From Leucoraja ocellata (lineage: Eukaryota), in the NCBI GenBank assembly GCA_036785375.1, contig JAWMAR010000143.1:3968001-4032000 (forward strand): DNA of 64,000 nucleotides, read 5' to 3'. The position numbers and the translations under genes are program-made. Below, one piece after another: positions 1 through 12,370 of this stretch; the first letter of the stretch is position 1, and every line of letters starts with the position of its first letter. The notes below the pieces were generated by a model. It searched no databases. It saw only the letters and a list, made by a program, of their open reading frames with translations, and was not told the DNA's origin.

Positions 1-850
1 TGAGTGGAGAGATGCGTCTTCTTCGATTCACACCAATCTGAGATGTTTTTGTAGAGTAACTAAAGGATTTTATTTTGCCTTGTTTGGCTAACTTATAATG
101 TAACCCAAGAAGGGGTAGCACCTGTAAAATCCTGACCAAGGTTACTGCAATGCGTCTGGATAAAAGCAGTGAGTGGAGGGCAGCAGCATAATACAAATGA
201 TGTGCATACAATCAATTCTTGTCTCTTCAGTCATGCAACTTCTTATTTTTGGTAGGAGAATTACCAAATAATGTCTTTCCAACTGGATCTTGTAGACTTG
301 TTTAAACTATTTATAATGCTGAATAGCATGCTGTGCATCAAATTCAGACAACATCTGATGGAAACCAAACAATGAGGGGAAAAACAAAAACATTAAAAGG
401 AATATTTTACAATATGATTGGAAGAGCACTGATTGTAACATTCTGAAATCCCTTCAGGGTCCCTGTAGCACATTAACTAATCTCCAGTTTACTCCATGAA
501 AATATCTAAGTGTAAACTAATATCATAAATGTTGAATTGTAAAACTTCTAAAATATTTGGCAGTGTTCAAAATTTATTCCATTAGAAATAATTGTTTTCA
601 GATGTTCAGAATTATTGATTTCTGAATCATATTACTGCATTTTATCATAAGTATAACCGGTAAACTTTTTTTCATTTATATGGTACGTGACGCAATAACA
701 TTATTCTCAGTATATAATATTTTTGGGCAGCAATATGTACTTGAAGAATTCTAAAATACTAAAGAAAGGGTTTTCTTATTATATAAATTCTCTTGCGCAA
801 CAAGTCTGATCTGGAATTCAGAGATCGGTTATACATCTCGATGGCAGAAG

Positions 851-947
851 ATAGACACAAAATGCTGTAGTAGCTCAACGGGACAGGCAGCATCTCTGGA
901 TAGAAAGAATGGGTGACCTTTCAGATCGAGACCCTTCTTCAAACTCT
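851..947 (-). mobile_element. Penelope pLTR-derived short unit (single inverted arm) with degenerate hammerhead core
   Basis: tagacacaaaatgctg...gagacccttcttca matches the reverse complement of the 3' terminus of the Penelope copies (e.g. 6460-6588, 12290-12370). Flanked by gatggcagaag (840-850) and gaaggcagaag (948-958), a 10/11 direct repeat. Confidence 0.75.
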
Positions 948-999
948 GAAGGCAGAAGTCAGTTCTGCTTTTACAAGAGTAAACTCTCGGAAAGCAGCC

Positions 1000-1887
1000 A
1001 GCCCAGATGGAGTTCCCGGATGAATTCTGGAACCTGCATCAACCAACTGACCACAGTCTTCACCGACACCTTCAACTTCACACTACAACAGTCTATTGTC
1101 CCCATCTGCTTCAAGGAAACCTCCATCAGTCTAATCCCTAAGAAAAATAAAGTGACCTGTCTCAATGACTACCATCCAGTAGTTTTAACATCGACCATAA
1201 TGAAGTGGTTTGAAATAATGAATTTGTTATCAGTCTCCATCTCCAACTGGCTGCTGGACTTCTTCACCGGCCGACCTCAATCAGTTAGAATTGGTCATAA
1301 CGTTTCCTCCACCCTGACGCATAGTGTACAGGGCATCGAGCAAGTAATCTTTACGTTCTCTGATGATACCACTGTCGTTGGCCAGATAAGCAATGTTGAG
1401 ACAAGGTACAGGGAAGAGATTAAGAACATTTGTGTCATAGGTAAGGGTAAAAACCGAGCCCTTAATGTCAACAGGATGAAAAAAAATGGTTGTTGACTTA
1501 ATGAAACGAGGGGGTGAATACAATCCTCTCCTCATCAATGCAGCTTCTGCTGAGAAAACGCATCAGTGTATTCACTTTCTTATGCGTTTGAAAAGATTTG
1601 GCATTTGACAAAGATTTTCTTAAGCTTCCATAAATGTGCTATAGAAAATATGCTTCTCAGCCTGGTATGACAACTGGTGAACACAGCCCTGACCATCGCA
1701 ATCTCATCATTTCCTTCCATCCAGTTGTGCATCAGAAAGGCTAGAAATATCATCATAGATGCTTTTCACCCTGACCATTTCTTTTTTTCTCTTCTACCTT
1801 TTGGGAGAAGATACAGGAGCTTGAAAGCCTGGATGTCCAGACTTAAGAACAGCGTCTTCCCCATTACTATCAGACTCCTGAACCAAT
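1000..1887 (+). mobile_element. Rex1/Babar-type non-LTR retrotransposon, degenerate RT fragment
   Basis: ORF 909..1496 has QLTTVFTDTFN, PKKNKVTCLNDYHPVVLTSTIMKWFE, NWLLDFFTGRPQSVRIG and FSDDTTVVG. ORF 1677.. ends FSLLPFGRRYRSLK...RLKNSVFPITIRLLN, the typical Rex1/Babar ORF2 C-terminus. Contains frameshifts and internal deletions. Confidence 0.85.
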
Positions 1888-2049
1888 NNNNNNNNNNNNN
1901 NNNNNNNNNNNNNNNNNNNNNNNNNNNNNNNNNNNNNNNNNNNNNNNNNNNNNNNNNNNNNNNNNNNNNNNNNNNNNNNNNNNNNNNNNNNNNNNNNNNN
2001 NNNNNNNNNNNNNNNNNNNNNNNNNNNNNNNNNNNNNNNNNNNNNNNNN
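1888..2049. other. Assembly gap (162 N)
   Basis: Run of N between the Rex1 ORF end and a CR1 3' fragment. Confidence 1.
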
Positions 2050-2545
2050 GAGAGTACAGAGGAGATTTGCTAGAATGTGGCCTGGGTTTCAGCAACTAAG
2101 TTACAGAGAAAGGTTGAACAAGTTAGGGCTTTATTCTTTGGAGCGCAGAAGGTTAAGGGGGGACTTGATAGAGGTTTTTAAAATGATGAGAGGGATAGAC
2201 AGAGTTGACGTGGAAAAGCTTTTCCCACTGAGAGTAGGGAAGATTCAAACAAGGGGACATGACTTGAGAATTAAGGGACTGAAGTTTAGGGGTAACATGA
2301 GAGGGAACTTCTTTACTCAGAGAGTGGCGGCTGTGTGGAATAAGCTTCCAGTGAAGGTGGTGGAGGCAGGTTCGTTTTTATCATTTAAAAATAAATTGGA
2401 TAGTTATATGGACGGGAAGGGAATGGAAGGTTATGGTCTGAGCGTAGGTATATGGGACTAGGGGAGAATATGTGTTCGGCACGGACTAGAAGGGTCGAGA
2501 TGGCCTGTTTCCGTGCTGTAATTGTTATATGGTTATATGGTTATA
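2050..2545 (+). mobile_element. CR1 (HER1-like) LINE 3' end
   Basis: LSYRERLNKLGLYSLERRRLRGDLIEVFKMMRG...TRGHDL...NFFTQRVAAVWNKLP is the CR1 ORF2 C-terminus. It is followed by the 3'UTR ggcctgtttccgtgctgta and a (ttatatgg)n tail. Confidence 0.92.
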
Positions 2546-4116
2546 ACCCCGTTCCCAGATATGCTACCACATACTGTTACCCTTATCTCTACTTCATTTG
2601 ATTAATCTGTTATTGTACTGTGATGTATTTTGCACGAATTTGGATTACGCTTCAACCTTGCACCATTCTGCAGTTTTGCACTCGTCATTGCATTTATTGT
2701 GTTTATCATTACTGCTGTTTACTCTGTAAGATTCATGTGAATTTCATTGCATTCTAGTATATATGACAAACTAATCTTCATCTGTATTTTCTTTCTCTGC
2801 CCCACATCTTGCACAGTTCAGCAGGAGCTTCCCATTAGCCTTGGCAAAGCTTTGGCAATCCTAAACAAATATTTTGTTCATTTTCCTTTAAAATTCAGAA
2901 ATCGTTTTACTAAACCTTAGATCCTTGAATACATGCTCAACAAACAAAATACAGGTTGTTGAAAATCTGAAAAATGCCCTGAAAATATTGGAAATATACC
3001 GGAAGCTGGGCAGCATTTGTGGGGAGAGAAACAGAGTTTAATATTTTCTGTCCATGACTGATCATCATAACATGTGCTCTGCAGTTCCTTCACTCAAACC
3101 GTACAACTGTATTTCAATATTCTTTCACGATTTCTATATATTTACATTGCCACATATGTGTTGTTACGTTTCATTTTATATTGGGTGGCATTATAACAAT
3201 AGCATAATAAAACTCGTGTGTTCTAGCTCCCCCCAACAGATATTGCAGATGCTATTTAGCCAATCAAATGTTATTTTTGAAATTGGGTGTGATTGGATTT
3301 ATAGTCTCTTGTTATGAAATATTGTCTCCTATCTGTCATGTGAAATAATGTTCAATATCACTAATTGAAGGTCATGTCACTTCAGAAGTGACATTTGCAG
3401 CCTCTTTATTCCCTGAATTCCTCATTGGGCTTTAACTGTCTATTTGTTGAGCTTTTTTCATCTTCAGTTGTACAACAAGATGCAAAAACAAAGTGACCTA
3501 TTACATGTCCAGAAAGACAAGGAATTATTCCAAATGACTTGAATTTTCTATTTTCTTCAGGAGGTGGTGATTGTCAGAATAAGGATTCTTTGAAAAAAAT
3601 TATAATTAGAAACAAACTTCCGAGCAACGATGACTATTATTACATCAAAACCTCAACATATATTGTGGTTTTGGATGCACATTGGGAATTATTGTATTCC
3701 CCAAGATGAAAATTAGATAAGTGATAGTTTCACATACAATATGATTAGCTTGTAACGTAGGTGTCAAATATATCCCCAACACCCACATTATACTGAGGTT
3801 GAAGTATAATTAGTTTCAAACTTACAGTAAAATAATAAATAGTTGTGTGCACACGTGTCTCTGTCCATTTGAAGAACCAGTATTCTATGTTAAAACATGC
3901 TGTGTTGTTTCTGTCCATATTCTCTCAATAAGTTAATGTAGGATAAAGAAACGCCCAAAATGAGAGACTTTCGCAAAACATTTAACCTATAATGATGTTT
4001 AAAATCAAGCAATTAAAATTGACATTTATCTGTATAGTTTATATGTTGAAAACAATGTTTTAATATTGTAACAATATAAGCTGATTTTGTTTACCATGTC
4101 TCTTTTTTTTTTACAG

Positions 4117-4304
4117 CAAGTCCTCATGCAACAGCTTCAACTCTACATTTTCCAACGTCTCCCATCATCCAGCAGCCAGGTCCTTATTTCTCACACACGG
4201 CCATCCGTTATCATCCACACCCTAGTCAGGAAAGCCTGAAGGAGTTTGTCCAGCTTGTCTGCCCTGACACCAGCCAGCAGTCAGGACAGGTGGGGTTCCT
4301 AAAT
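4117..4304 (+). CDS. NFIA: NFIA internal coding exon (vertebrate exon 8), 188 nt, phase 1 to phase 0
   Basis: Polypyrimidine tract and ttacag acceptor, then (A)[62 protein letters not shown], then donor aat|gtaagg. Near-identical to the NFIA peptide as I recall it; VGFLN is characteristic of NFIA among NFI paralogues. Confidence 0.97.
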
Positions 4305-4786
4305 GTAAGGCCACATTTTATTTTTCATGTTGCTAGACAGACAGTTTGTTACATCATTCTAGCTTGATGCGCTTCTAGATATCACTGGAAACTTGCACAT
4401 TAATGTCATGTTCCCTTTAATAAAGGTTATTGAAGCTGTAATTTACAAATCTGTAAACTATGAAACAACAGCAAATGTAAGGTTAAACCTTCCCCGAAGA
4501 TTTAGTTTAGGCTTCCCAAGATACTGAGGTTTAATGATTTTGTTACTTTGTGTGAATTTGTATTTGTTTAACATGCTTGTAAGTGGTGGGTGTTTTTCCA
4601 CTCAGCATCGCTGGTAATGGCCTGTCTTCATGCATTTAAAATTCCAAAATAACATGGATTATACAGATGCGGCAGTGGGAATGTCTCAAACTTTGTACTG
4701 TTACATAGTGATTCATCAATGACAAGGAGAAAGCATTCATTCTATCAGATCATGTAGGTGAAGAATGAGATCACAAATAGCCATGT

Positions 4787-4880
4787 ACAGGCTATCCTAG
4801 GGTAATGAATGGGTTCCATTTTTATGGACATCCTTAAGTCGATTTTGTCCGTAAATTGGAAATTATACAAACATCACCCA
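4787..4880 (+). mobile_element. Possible Tigger/pogo-type terminal inverted repeat remnant
   Basis: tacaggctatcctagggtaatgaatgggttcc...gtccgtaa resembles TA|CAGG Tigger-like termini. No partner TIR was found, and it is cut by the Penelope insertion. Confidence 0.35.
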
Positions 4881-4885
4881 AAATG

Positions 4886-6588
4886 ACCGAACTCATTTCA
4901 ACATACCTTGATTCCATCCTATCCCACCTGGTTAAATCCCTCCCTACCAATGTTCAAGACACCTTAGACACTCTCCGCCGTCTCCGGTCATTCCATTCTC
5001 TAGGCCCCCATCCCCTCATCTTCACCATGGACGTCCAGTCACTCTACACCTCCATCCCCCACCAGGAGGGTCTCAAAGCCCTCCGGCTCTTCCTCGACCG
5101 GAGAACCAACCAATACCCGTCCACTGAAACTCTCCTCCGCCTAGCAGAGTTGGTCCTTATCCTCAATAACTTCTCGTTTGTCTCCTCCCATTTCCTCCAA
5201 ATACAAGGCGTAGCTATGGGCCCCAGCTATGCCTGCCTCTTTGTAGGGTACATCGAACAATCCTTGTTCGAGGCGTACCAGGGCCCCATCCCCGACCTCT
5301 ACCTCCGCTACATCAACGAATGCTTTGGCGCCACCTCCTGAACCCACCACAACTGACTGACTTCATCCGCTTCACCATTAACTTCCATCCGGCACTCAAA
5401 TACACCTGGACCATTTCTGACACTTCCCTACCATTTCTTGACCTCACTATCTCCATCGCAGGTGATAGACTTCTGATCGACATCCACTATAAACCCACTG
5501 ACTCCCATGGCTAACTAGACTACACTTCTTCCCACCCTGCTTCCTGTAAGGACTCCATCCCCTACTCCCAATTCCTCCGTCTACGCCGGATCTGCTCCCG
5601 GGATGTGTTCCACACCAGGGCATCGGAAATGTCCTAATTCTTCAGGGAACGGGGGTTCCCCTCCCCTACTATAGATGAGACTCTCACTAGGGTCTCTTCA
5701 TACCCCATAACACTGCTCTCTCTCCCCATCTCCCCACTGGTAACAAGGGCAGAGTCCCCCTAGTCCTCACCTTTCACCCCACTAGCCGTCACATATAACA
5801 AATAATCCTCCGTCATTTTCGACACCAACGTGCCCCCACCACTCGCCACATCTTCCCATTTCTCCCTCTATCTGCTTTCCGCAAAGACTGCTTCCTCCGT
5901 AACTCCTTGGTCAATTCTTCCCTTCCCTCCCGCACCACCCCCTCCCCGGGCACTTTCCCTTGCCACCACAAGAGATGCTACACTTGTCGCTTTACCTCCG
6001 CCCTCGACTCCATTCAAGGACCCAAGCAGTCATTCCAGGTGCGACAGAGGTTCACCTGCACCTCCTCCAACCTCATCTATTGCATCCGCTGCTCTAGATG
6101 TCAGCTGCTTTACATCGGTGAGACCAAGCGTCGGCTTGGCGATCGTTCCGCCGAACACCTCCGCTCGGTCCACATTAACCAACCTGATCTCCAGCTGGCT
6201 CAGCACTTCAATTGCCTCTCCCATTCTGAATCCGACCTTTCTGTCCTGGGCTTCCTCCATGGCCAGAGTGAGCATCACCGGATATGGGAGGAGCAGCACC
6301 TCATATTCTGCTTGGACAGTTTGCACCCTAGCGGCATAAACATTGACTTCTCCAATTTCCGGTAGCCCTTGCTGTCTCCTCCCGTTCCAGCTCTCCCTCA
6401 ACCCTTGGGCTCCTACTCTTCCTTTCTCCTTTCTTCCCCCCCCCCCCCCCCCACATCTGTCTGAAGAAGGGTTTTGTCCCGAAACGTTGCCTATTTCCTT
6501 CGCCCCATAGATGCTGCTGCACCCGCTGAGTTTCTCCAACACTTTAGTCTACCTTTGATTTTCCAGCATCTGCAGTTCCTTCTTAAAC
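4886..6588 (+). mobile_element. Penelope-like element (Neptune type), 5'-truncated: RT, Cys knuckle, GIY-YIG endonuclease and 3' pLTR
   Basis: RT motifs IFTMDVQSLYTSIPH, QIQGVAMG, LYLRYINEC (YIDD decayed), FLDLTI and HYKPTD. Linker FPCHHKRCYTC (CxxxxCxxC). GIY-YIG NLIYCIRC...LLYIGETKRRLGDR.AEH. ORF ends at tag 6363-6365, followed by a pyrimidine-rich tract and the pLTR. Several frameshifts and stops. Confidence 0.93.
6461..6488 (+). ncRNA. Minimal hammerhead ribozyme-like core in the Penelope pLTR
   Basis: CTGAAGA-a-ggg(ttttgt)ccc-GAAACGTT: CUGANGA box, stem II, GAAA box and palindromic ACGU stem III. This fits the known minimal hammerheads of Penelope-like elements. Stem I is weak. Confidence 0.6.
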
Positions 6589-8179
6589 CAAATATGGTTT
6601 TCCTTTCTCCACAATATTGCAATGAATGGCTTAAAAAGCAAATAAAGCTGTTAGGAAAGAACAATTATGAAAGGTGGAGACTGGAAACAAATTCTGCCAT
6701 TTGTAAGAATGAACATATGTCAGACTTTTGAATTTAATAATATTATGTGAGCTGCATATAATAATATGGAGAGCAGTTCACAGTCGGGTATTTATAACCC
6801 AGACACAGCCTGTGGCTTTTAAAATTGAAGAGCATAATAGACACTTCTGACCCCAGTGAGAAATACTGAAGTAGGTATATACCATATCTGATCTCTTAAA
6901 ATCGTAGTTTTGAGCTGTGTAATTCTTTTCTCACTGTGCCAGTGTTGCAAACCATGCGAGAACTCTGACCAAATGAGGGGCCATTCACTTTTCACGCTGT
7001 ATTTCTGAGGTATCTAACAGTGGAAAGCGAATGTCTCTGTAAATCTCCCATCCAAGGCTGGCACCTTCTCACCCCAGTGTAGCTGAGAACCGGAGATAAA
7101 TACCTTCAGGCGTAGGTTTGAAGTGGCATTAGCTGAACATCAGCCCTGAGCCAGAAAACTCTCAAGAAACGTAACAATGTTAATATATCAGAACTGTGCA
7201 ATGCTAATACTTCATTGAGCTCGGCTCTCAAAGGAATAAAATGCCACAAGTGTGTCATGGAGAAAAAACATTTGCATTGTAACTGGTCGCTTGTCCTTCC
7301 ACGCAAATATTCTGTTTGCCAGTTATTTTTTAAGTGCATCTCTTTCCCATCTTCAGAAAGAGGTAAAAGCTAGATGTGGTTAATGCATTGTTCGACTATG
7401 CCACGCAGATCATTTATTGAGCCCAGACATGCACAGCCAGCTGGAATATCAGATGTCAGATTCAATAACATTTGCAGCAACTTAAAGCAATAGATTTCAG
7501 CTGGATTGTGTAAGCTTGAATATTCAGATAGCAGGAGGGAGCTGTGACATGGGAGAGTGTTTAGATTAATAGGACTGTGTGACTGTGTCACATTTCCAGT
7601 CATTTTGGGGGGGAGGGGTTATGGTTATATGGGTAATTTGGTCATTAAGAACCATTGTAACAAAGAAAATGAAGTGAGGCTTTGGCTCGCAGTGAGGAGG
7701 AAGTAGCTCCAATAGAGGCGCAATGGCGAGGGAGGGGCAAGAAGAGTGGAACTGGCAACTCTTGATGGGTTAAAACAAGAAATACAGCTGATAGGAAATG
7801 CTATTTGAGCTTATGGCAGTAATGATGGAGTTGAACAGGTGAGTGTTTTTTACTGACTTGTCACTCTTAACTGTAATATTGTAATTGCTCCACTGTGATT
7901 TGCTGTTTCCTATCCTTTATTTACCATCATTTCTTTATGGAACTACTGCCTCATGTTTTACAATTGATGAGAGGGTGGAACAGTGTGACTGGAATGGAAA
8001 CTAGTGCCTCATTCAAAGGAGCAGTGAGGCAAATCAGTTGATCCGCTGAGCTTTTACAAACACAAAGATACAATTCACAACCAGTAGAGAGTAAAGATAC
8101 TAGGAGTAATGGAGTCCAACTAAAACTTTCAGAATATGGTAAATTTGGAAATTTGTTCCTTTGAGGGAATGGATTTTTT

Positions 8180-8750
8180 TTTGTCCATTCATAGGATGTC
8201 GATGTTGTTGGTGACGCTGGTATTTTTTGTCCATTCCTAATTTCCACCTGTACTGTGAAGGTAGTTAAGAAAGGATATGGATTCACAAATTGGACTGATC
8301 ATTGTAAGGATAGCATATGTCTTTCAATGAAGAAATCCTCAAGGACATTTTTGTACCAGATTTATTTTGTACGACAATCCGGTGGCTTCTTCGTTTCCAA
8401 TGCTGAGATGAATTTTTTAAACAAACTAGGTGTATAGGATGAAGGTAGACAAAAATGCTGGAGAAACTCAGCGGGTGAGGCAACATCTATGGAAAGAAGG
8501 AATAGGTGACGTTTCGGGTCAAGACCTGAAGAAGGGTTTTGACCCAAAACATCATCTATTCCTTCGTTCCATAGATGCTGCCTCACCCGCTGAGTTTCTC
8601 CAGCATTTTTGTCTACCTTTGATTTTTCCAGCATCTGCAGTTCTTTCTTAAACATGGATTTAGTCAGATAAGTTTGTATTTCCCAACTGATATTATGGGT
8701 ATTAATCTTATGTCTTCGGATTAATGGTCCAGATCTTTGATTGCCCTCCA
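8180..8750 (-). mobile_element. Old chondrichthyan SINE-like element, interrupted by a hairpin unit
   Basis: Degenerate reverse-complement similarity to the + strand copy at 53860-54150 and to a shark SINE as I recall it (ggattgtcgtacaaa, aggaatggacaaa...gcgtcacc). Split at about 8430-8654. Confidence 0.45.
8441..8654 (+). mobile_element. Fold-back (hairpin) Penelope pLTR unit
   Basis: An arm of about 85 bp (aaggtagacaaaaatgctggagaaactcagcggg...) is followed by its reverse complement (...cccgctgagtttctccagcatttttgtctacctt) and an unpaired tail gatttttccagcatctgcagttctttcttaaaca. ctgaagaagggt lies at the centre. No clear TSD. Confidence 0.88.
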
Positions 8751-11237
8751 TTGAACCCTAAAAGTGTGGTAAATGTATTAAGCAAATGCAGGTTGCCAAA
8801 AGTCCATTCTGTCAGATGAAAGGGAGGTAAATCAAGAAAATGTTACATCATGCAATAGCTGGAATTTAAATCATCGAGTTCATGGAATCGAAACAGGCCA
8901 CTCTTTCCATTTTATTTCTGTGGTTTAGATTACTCCTGCATCACAGCTCTGTTTTTGGCCTTATAAAGCACTCATGAAACTATACGCATCTACATGGGAT
9001 GAAGTTGCATCCAATTCTTCACTTTAGCAGTGAAACACGCTGCCCAAAGATATTGGAGGTCTCTGAATACCATGGTTGTTATTTTACAGTTTTGGTTACA
9101 TGGTAGATCAGATTTGTGTACGAAACCTTACTCAAAAATAGTTCGATTGAAAATGCTAATGGATCCACGTTTACTTAGCTATCACTTTGATATTGAATAC
9201 AAATTGGAGGAGAGTAATTCGATGTAAAAGTTGGGAAATGTATACATTGTCAATCCATACATTTAGAATTAAAACTGCTGTTATGTCTTATGAGCTGGGT
9301 TAAGTATCATACTGAAAGTATTGCTTACAGCCTTAATATCTGCATATAATTTAATACATAATTATGGATTTTGGTGGTCATAGATAATGAAAAAATGGCC
9401 AAACATTTGGAAAAGAAAACTGAGCAAATTCATACAGCTAATTTTGAGATTTCATTTTTCACAAGTTTGAGAAAAGATATGTAATTGAAGCCAGCCATTT
9501 TAAGTGTTCTTGAAATCATCCACAAGAAATAGAGGGAATGAATCTTCATCTTATCTTACTAAACTTGTTGAATCGTTGAGCAGCCTTGAACAACCTGGGG
9601 AAGTGTTCCTAATGTCATTTCAAAAAGATTCGGCACAAGGGTTTACTAGCAAAGAGCAAGAGTAAATCAATTGATTGTAATCCTTTAACATGGTTCAAAA
9701 ATAAAGGATGTTTACAAGGGGAAGGGATTACACATTCATAATGTGTTAGCTAACAACTCAGTAAGCGGTGGAGCAATGAGACCTGAAGTTAATCTACTGA
9801 GGTTTTACAAACATGGAATGAAGACATCATGATGATGGAAGATATGACATTTTAGTACATGTCATGAAATGATGGAAAATAGAATCCTCCCCCCTTTAAA
9901 TGTGGCCCAGACCAGAGCTGCAAATCGCTGACCGAGGCCAACTTTGCAGGTCGATATCTTAGCCCCTGGGTAACCTAGGCTGACCATTCTGGTACCAATG
10001 GAGTTCTCTCAGAAGTCATGAACTCTGTTGGTCCAGCAGAACAGGTAATCCAGAACGGCTCTGGCACTAAGGGTACCGGGAAAATCGGTGATGGGACTGT
10101 ATCGCAAATGACAAAGTAAACAACACAAAGAGGTTGTCCATGCCATCAACAGAAAGGCAGGGTTAAATAGAGTGATGTGTATCTATTGATGGAGCTATTG
10201 TGCATTCATTTTTGATTACGCTTTTTCAGCAAGATGCAATAATCCATCCCAATATTGTACAGAGGATTTTCGCTAATCTATCAGTTTTGTCCTTGTGAAC
10301 CTATCTGCCAAGAGAGTTTACAAATAGGGATGCCTCCTAGAGTTTGGACTAACCTGGATAAAAATAGAACAGTTTCCTGGTGCCAATTGGTCTTGCACTG
10401 TAACTGAGTGACTGATGACTTACTTAATATTCAAATAGGAAGAACCGAGCAGCTTTCTGCTCACTTTCCCATTTAAAAACTAAGTAGACATTGTGACTGT
10501 TGTGGCTAACCTTCCTAAATCTGTTTAAATTAATTTTCACTATTCCCTCTGCGTAATGTATATTTTTCTATGTTAGAGACCAAAAAAAAGATGGCAATGC
10601 CCCTGGTCTCTGGTCACAGTGTTGTTTCTCATTCAGTGCTCTCAGGACAAATCTCAATTGGGATATTTTATCTTGTGAGGTTTTTCAAGTCATTGAATAA
10701 GATTTATTTTGACAATGATACTAGTTCCTGCAGTAAATCTGCAACCAATACTGCTGAAGCAACTTGTAGAGGGATGTACAAAATAATATATGTTCATACG
10801 TAAGTATAACATTCAAATGATCGATCAATTATTTACCATTAAAACACCTAACATAACAAAACATCTTATGTGGCGGCAGGATACTAACAGACAACTTGAG
10901 ATCCGATTTATAATTGGCATACAAAAGACATTATATATTGAGACATTATTTTATGTAACCATGCTTTCAGACATTCCAGACACCACATAGTGGATATTGT
11001 CTGCAATGTTAGAAGATACCTACTTGTCCAGACATCAAAAATCAATATACCAGCATTCATATTTGAGGATTCATTTGCTTAGATCATCTGAAAACTCGTG
11101 AATTATTTAACAGTACAAGTGCAGATTCAATATTGTAAAAATCAGTAGGTTAGCCTAAGCTTCCAAATAATGTGCAAAAAAATCCTCATTACGGTTTTCT
11201 TGATGTAGATTTGCAGACCAGTTGAGATTTAAGTAAT

Positions 11238-12370
11238 ATGAGGTGTTCCATACCAGGACATCCGAGATGTCCTAATTCTTTAGCGAACAGGGGTTCCCCT
11301 CTCCCAATGAGGTGTTCCATCCCCGGACATCCGAGATGTCATCATTCTTTAAGGAATGGGGATTCCACTCTCCCATCATAGATGAGGCTCTCACTTGTGT
11401 CTCCTCGGTACCCTGCAGCTTCGCCCTTGCTCCCACTCCCCCTCCCTCTCCCCATCGCCCTCCCCCTCCCCCTAGTCACAACAGAGACAAAGTCCCCCTA
11501 GTACTTACCTTTCCACCCATCAGCCATCGCATACAACACATTATCCTCCCAAATGTTTGCCTCCTCCAACAGGATCCCAACACTAGTCACATCATCCCAT
11601 CTCCACCCCTTTCCGTCTTCCACGGAGAACGTTCACTCCGCAACTCCCTAGTTAATTCATCCCTTCTCACCCAAGCTACCCCCTACCCAGGTACCTTCCC
11701 CTGCAACCGCAGAAGATGCAACACCTGTCCCTATACCACCTCCCTCAATTCTGTCCAGGGACCCTGACAGTCCTTTCAGGTTAGGCAAAGGTTCACTTGC
11801 ATCTCCTCCAACCTCATCTACTGTATCTGTTGTTCAAGATGTGGACTCTTACACATCGGCAAGACCAAACGTAGACTCGGCGTTCATTTCGCTGAACACC
11901 TTCGCTCAGTCCGCCTGAACATACCTGATCTCCCGGTTGCTAAACACTTTAATTCTCCTTCCCATTCCCACACTGACCTTTCTGTCCTAGGCCTCCTCCA
12001 TTGTCAGAGTGAGGCTAAATGCAAATTGGAGGAACAGCATCTCATGTTTCGCTTGAGCAGCTTACAGCCCAGCGAATATTGATTTCTCTAACTTCAAGTA
12101 ACCCCGGCATTCCCTCTCTCTCTATCCCTCCCCACTTGTCGCACTAGCTTCTTGTTTTCACCCAACAATAAGCTAGCAATGGCCTGTTTCCTTTATCATC
12201 ATAACTTTTCTGCATATCTTTCATTCATTGTTCCTTTATCTCTCTACATCATCATCTATATCTCTAGTTTCCCTTATCCCTGGCCTGTCTGAAGAACCGA
12301 AATGCCACCCATTCCTTCTCTCCAGAGATGCTGCCTGATCCGCTGAGTCTCCAGCTTTTTGTGCCTATCT
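11238..12370 (+). mobile_element. Penelope-like element (Neptune type), 5'-truncated
   Basis: RTSEMSSFFKEWGF...DKVPLVLTF, GTFPCNRRRCNTC, GIY-YIG region (atctactgtatc...tacacatcggcaagaccaaacg) and a pLTR with deleted hammerhead stem (ctgaagaaccgaaat). Starts with a 69-bp tandem duplication. Confidence 0.9.

Noticed and set aside
1-4116. Upstream NFIA exons (exon 7, DNA-binding domain) or an extra exon at ttttcttcag|gag (about 3560)
   Set aside because: No NFI-like peptide is visible in any frame I read, and the 3560 acceptor has no convincing open frame or donor. Earlier exons lie before the window.
8441-8654. Hairpin units as DNA-transposon MITEs or miRNA precursors
   Set aside because: Arms are asymmetric with a one-sided tail, TSDs are 10-14 bp and variable, and the sequence is the terminus of the Penelope copies. 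Stems are long and multi-copy, with no miRNA evidence.
9896-10101. pogo/Tigger-like terminus ending ggactgta
   Set aside because: No partner TIR or TA duplication could be located.
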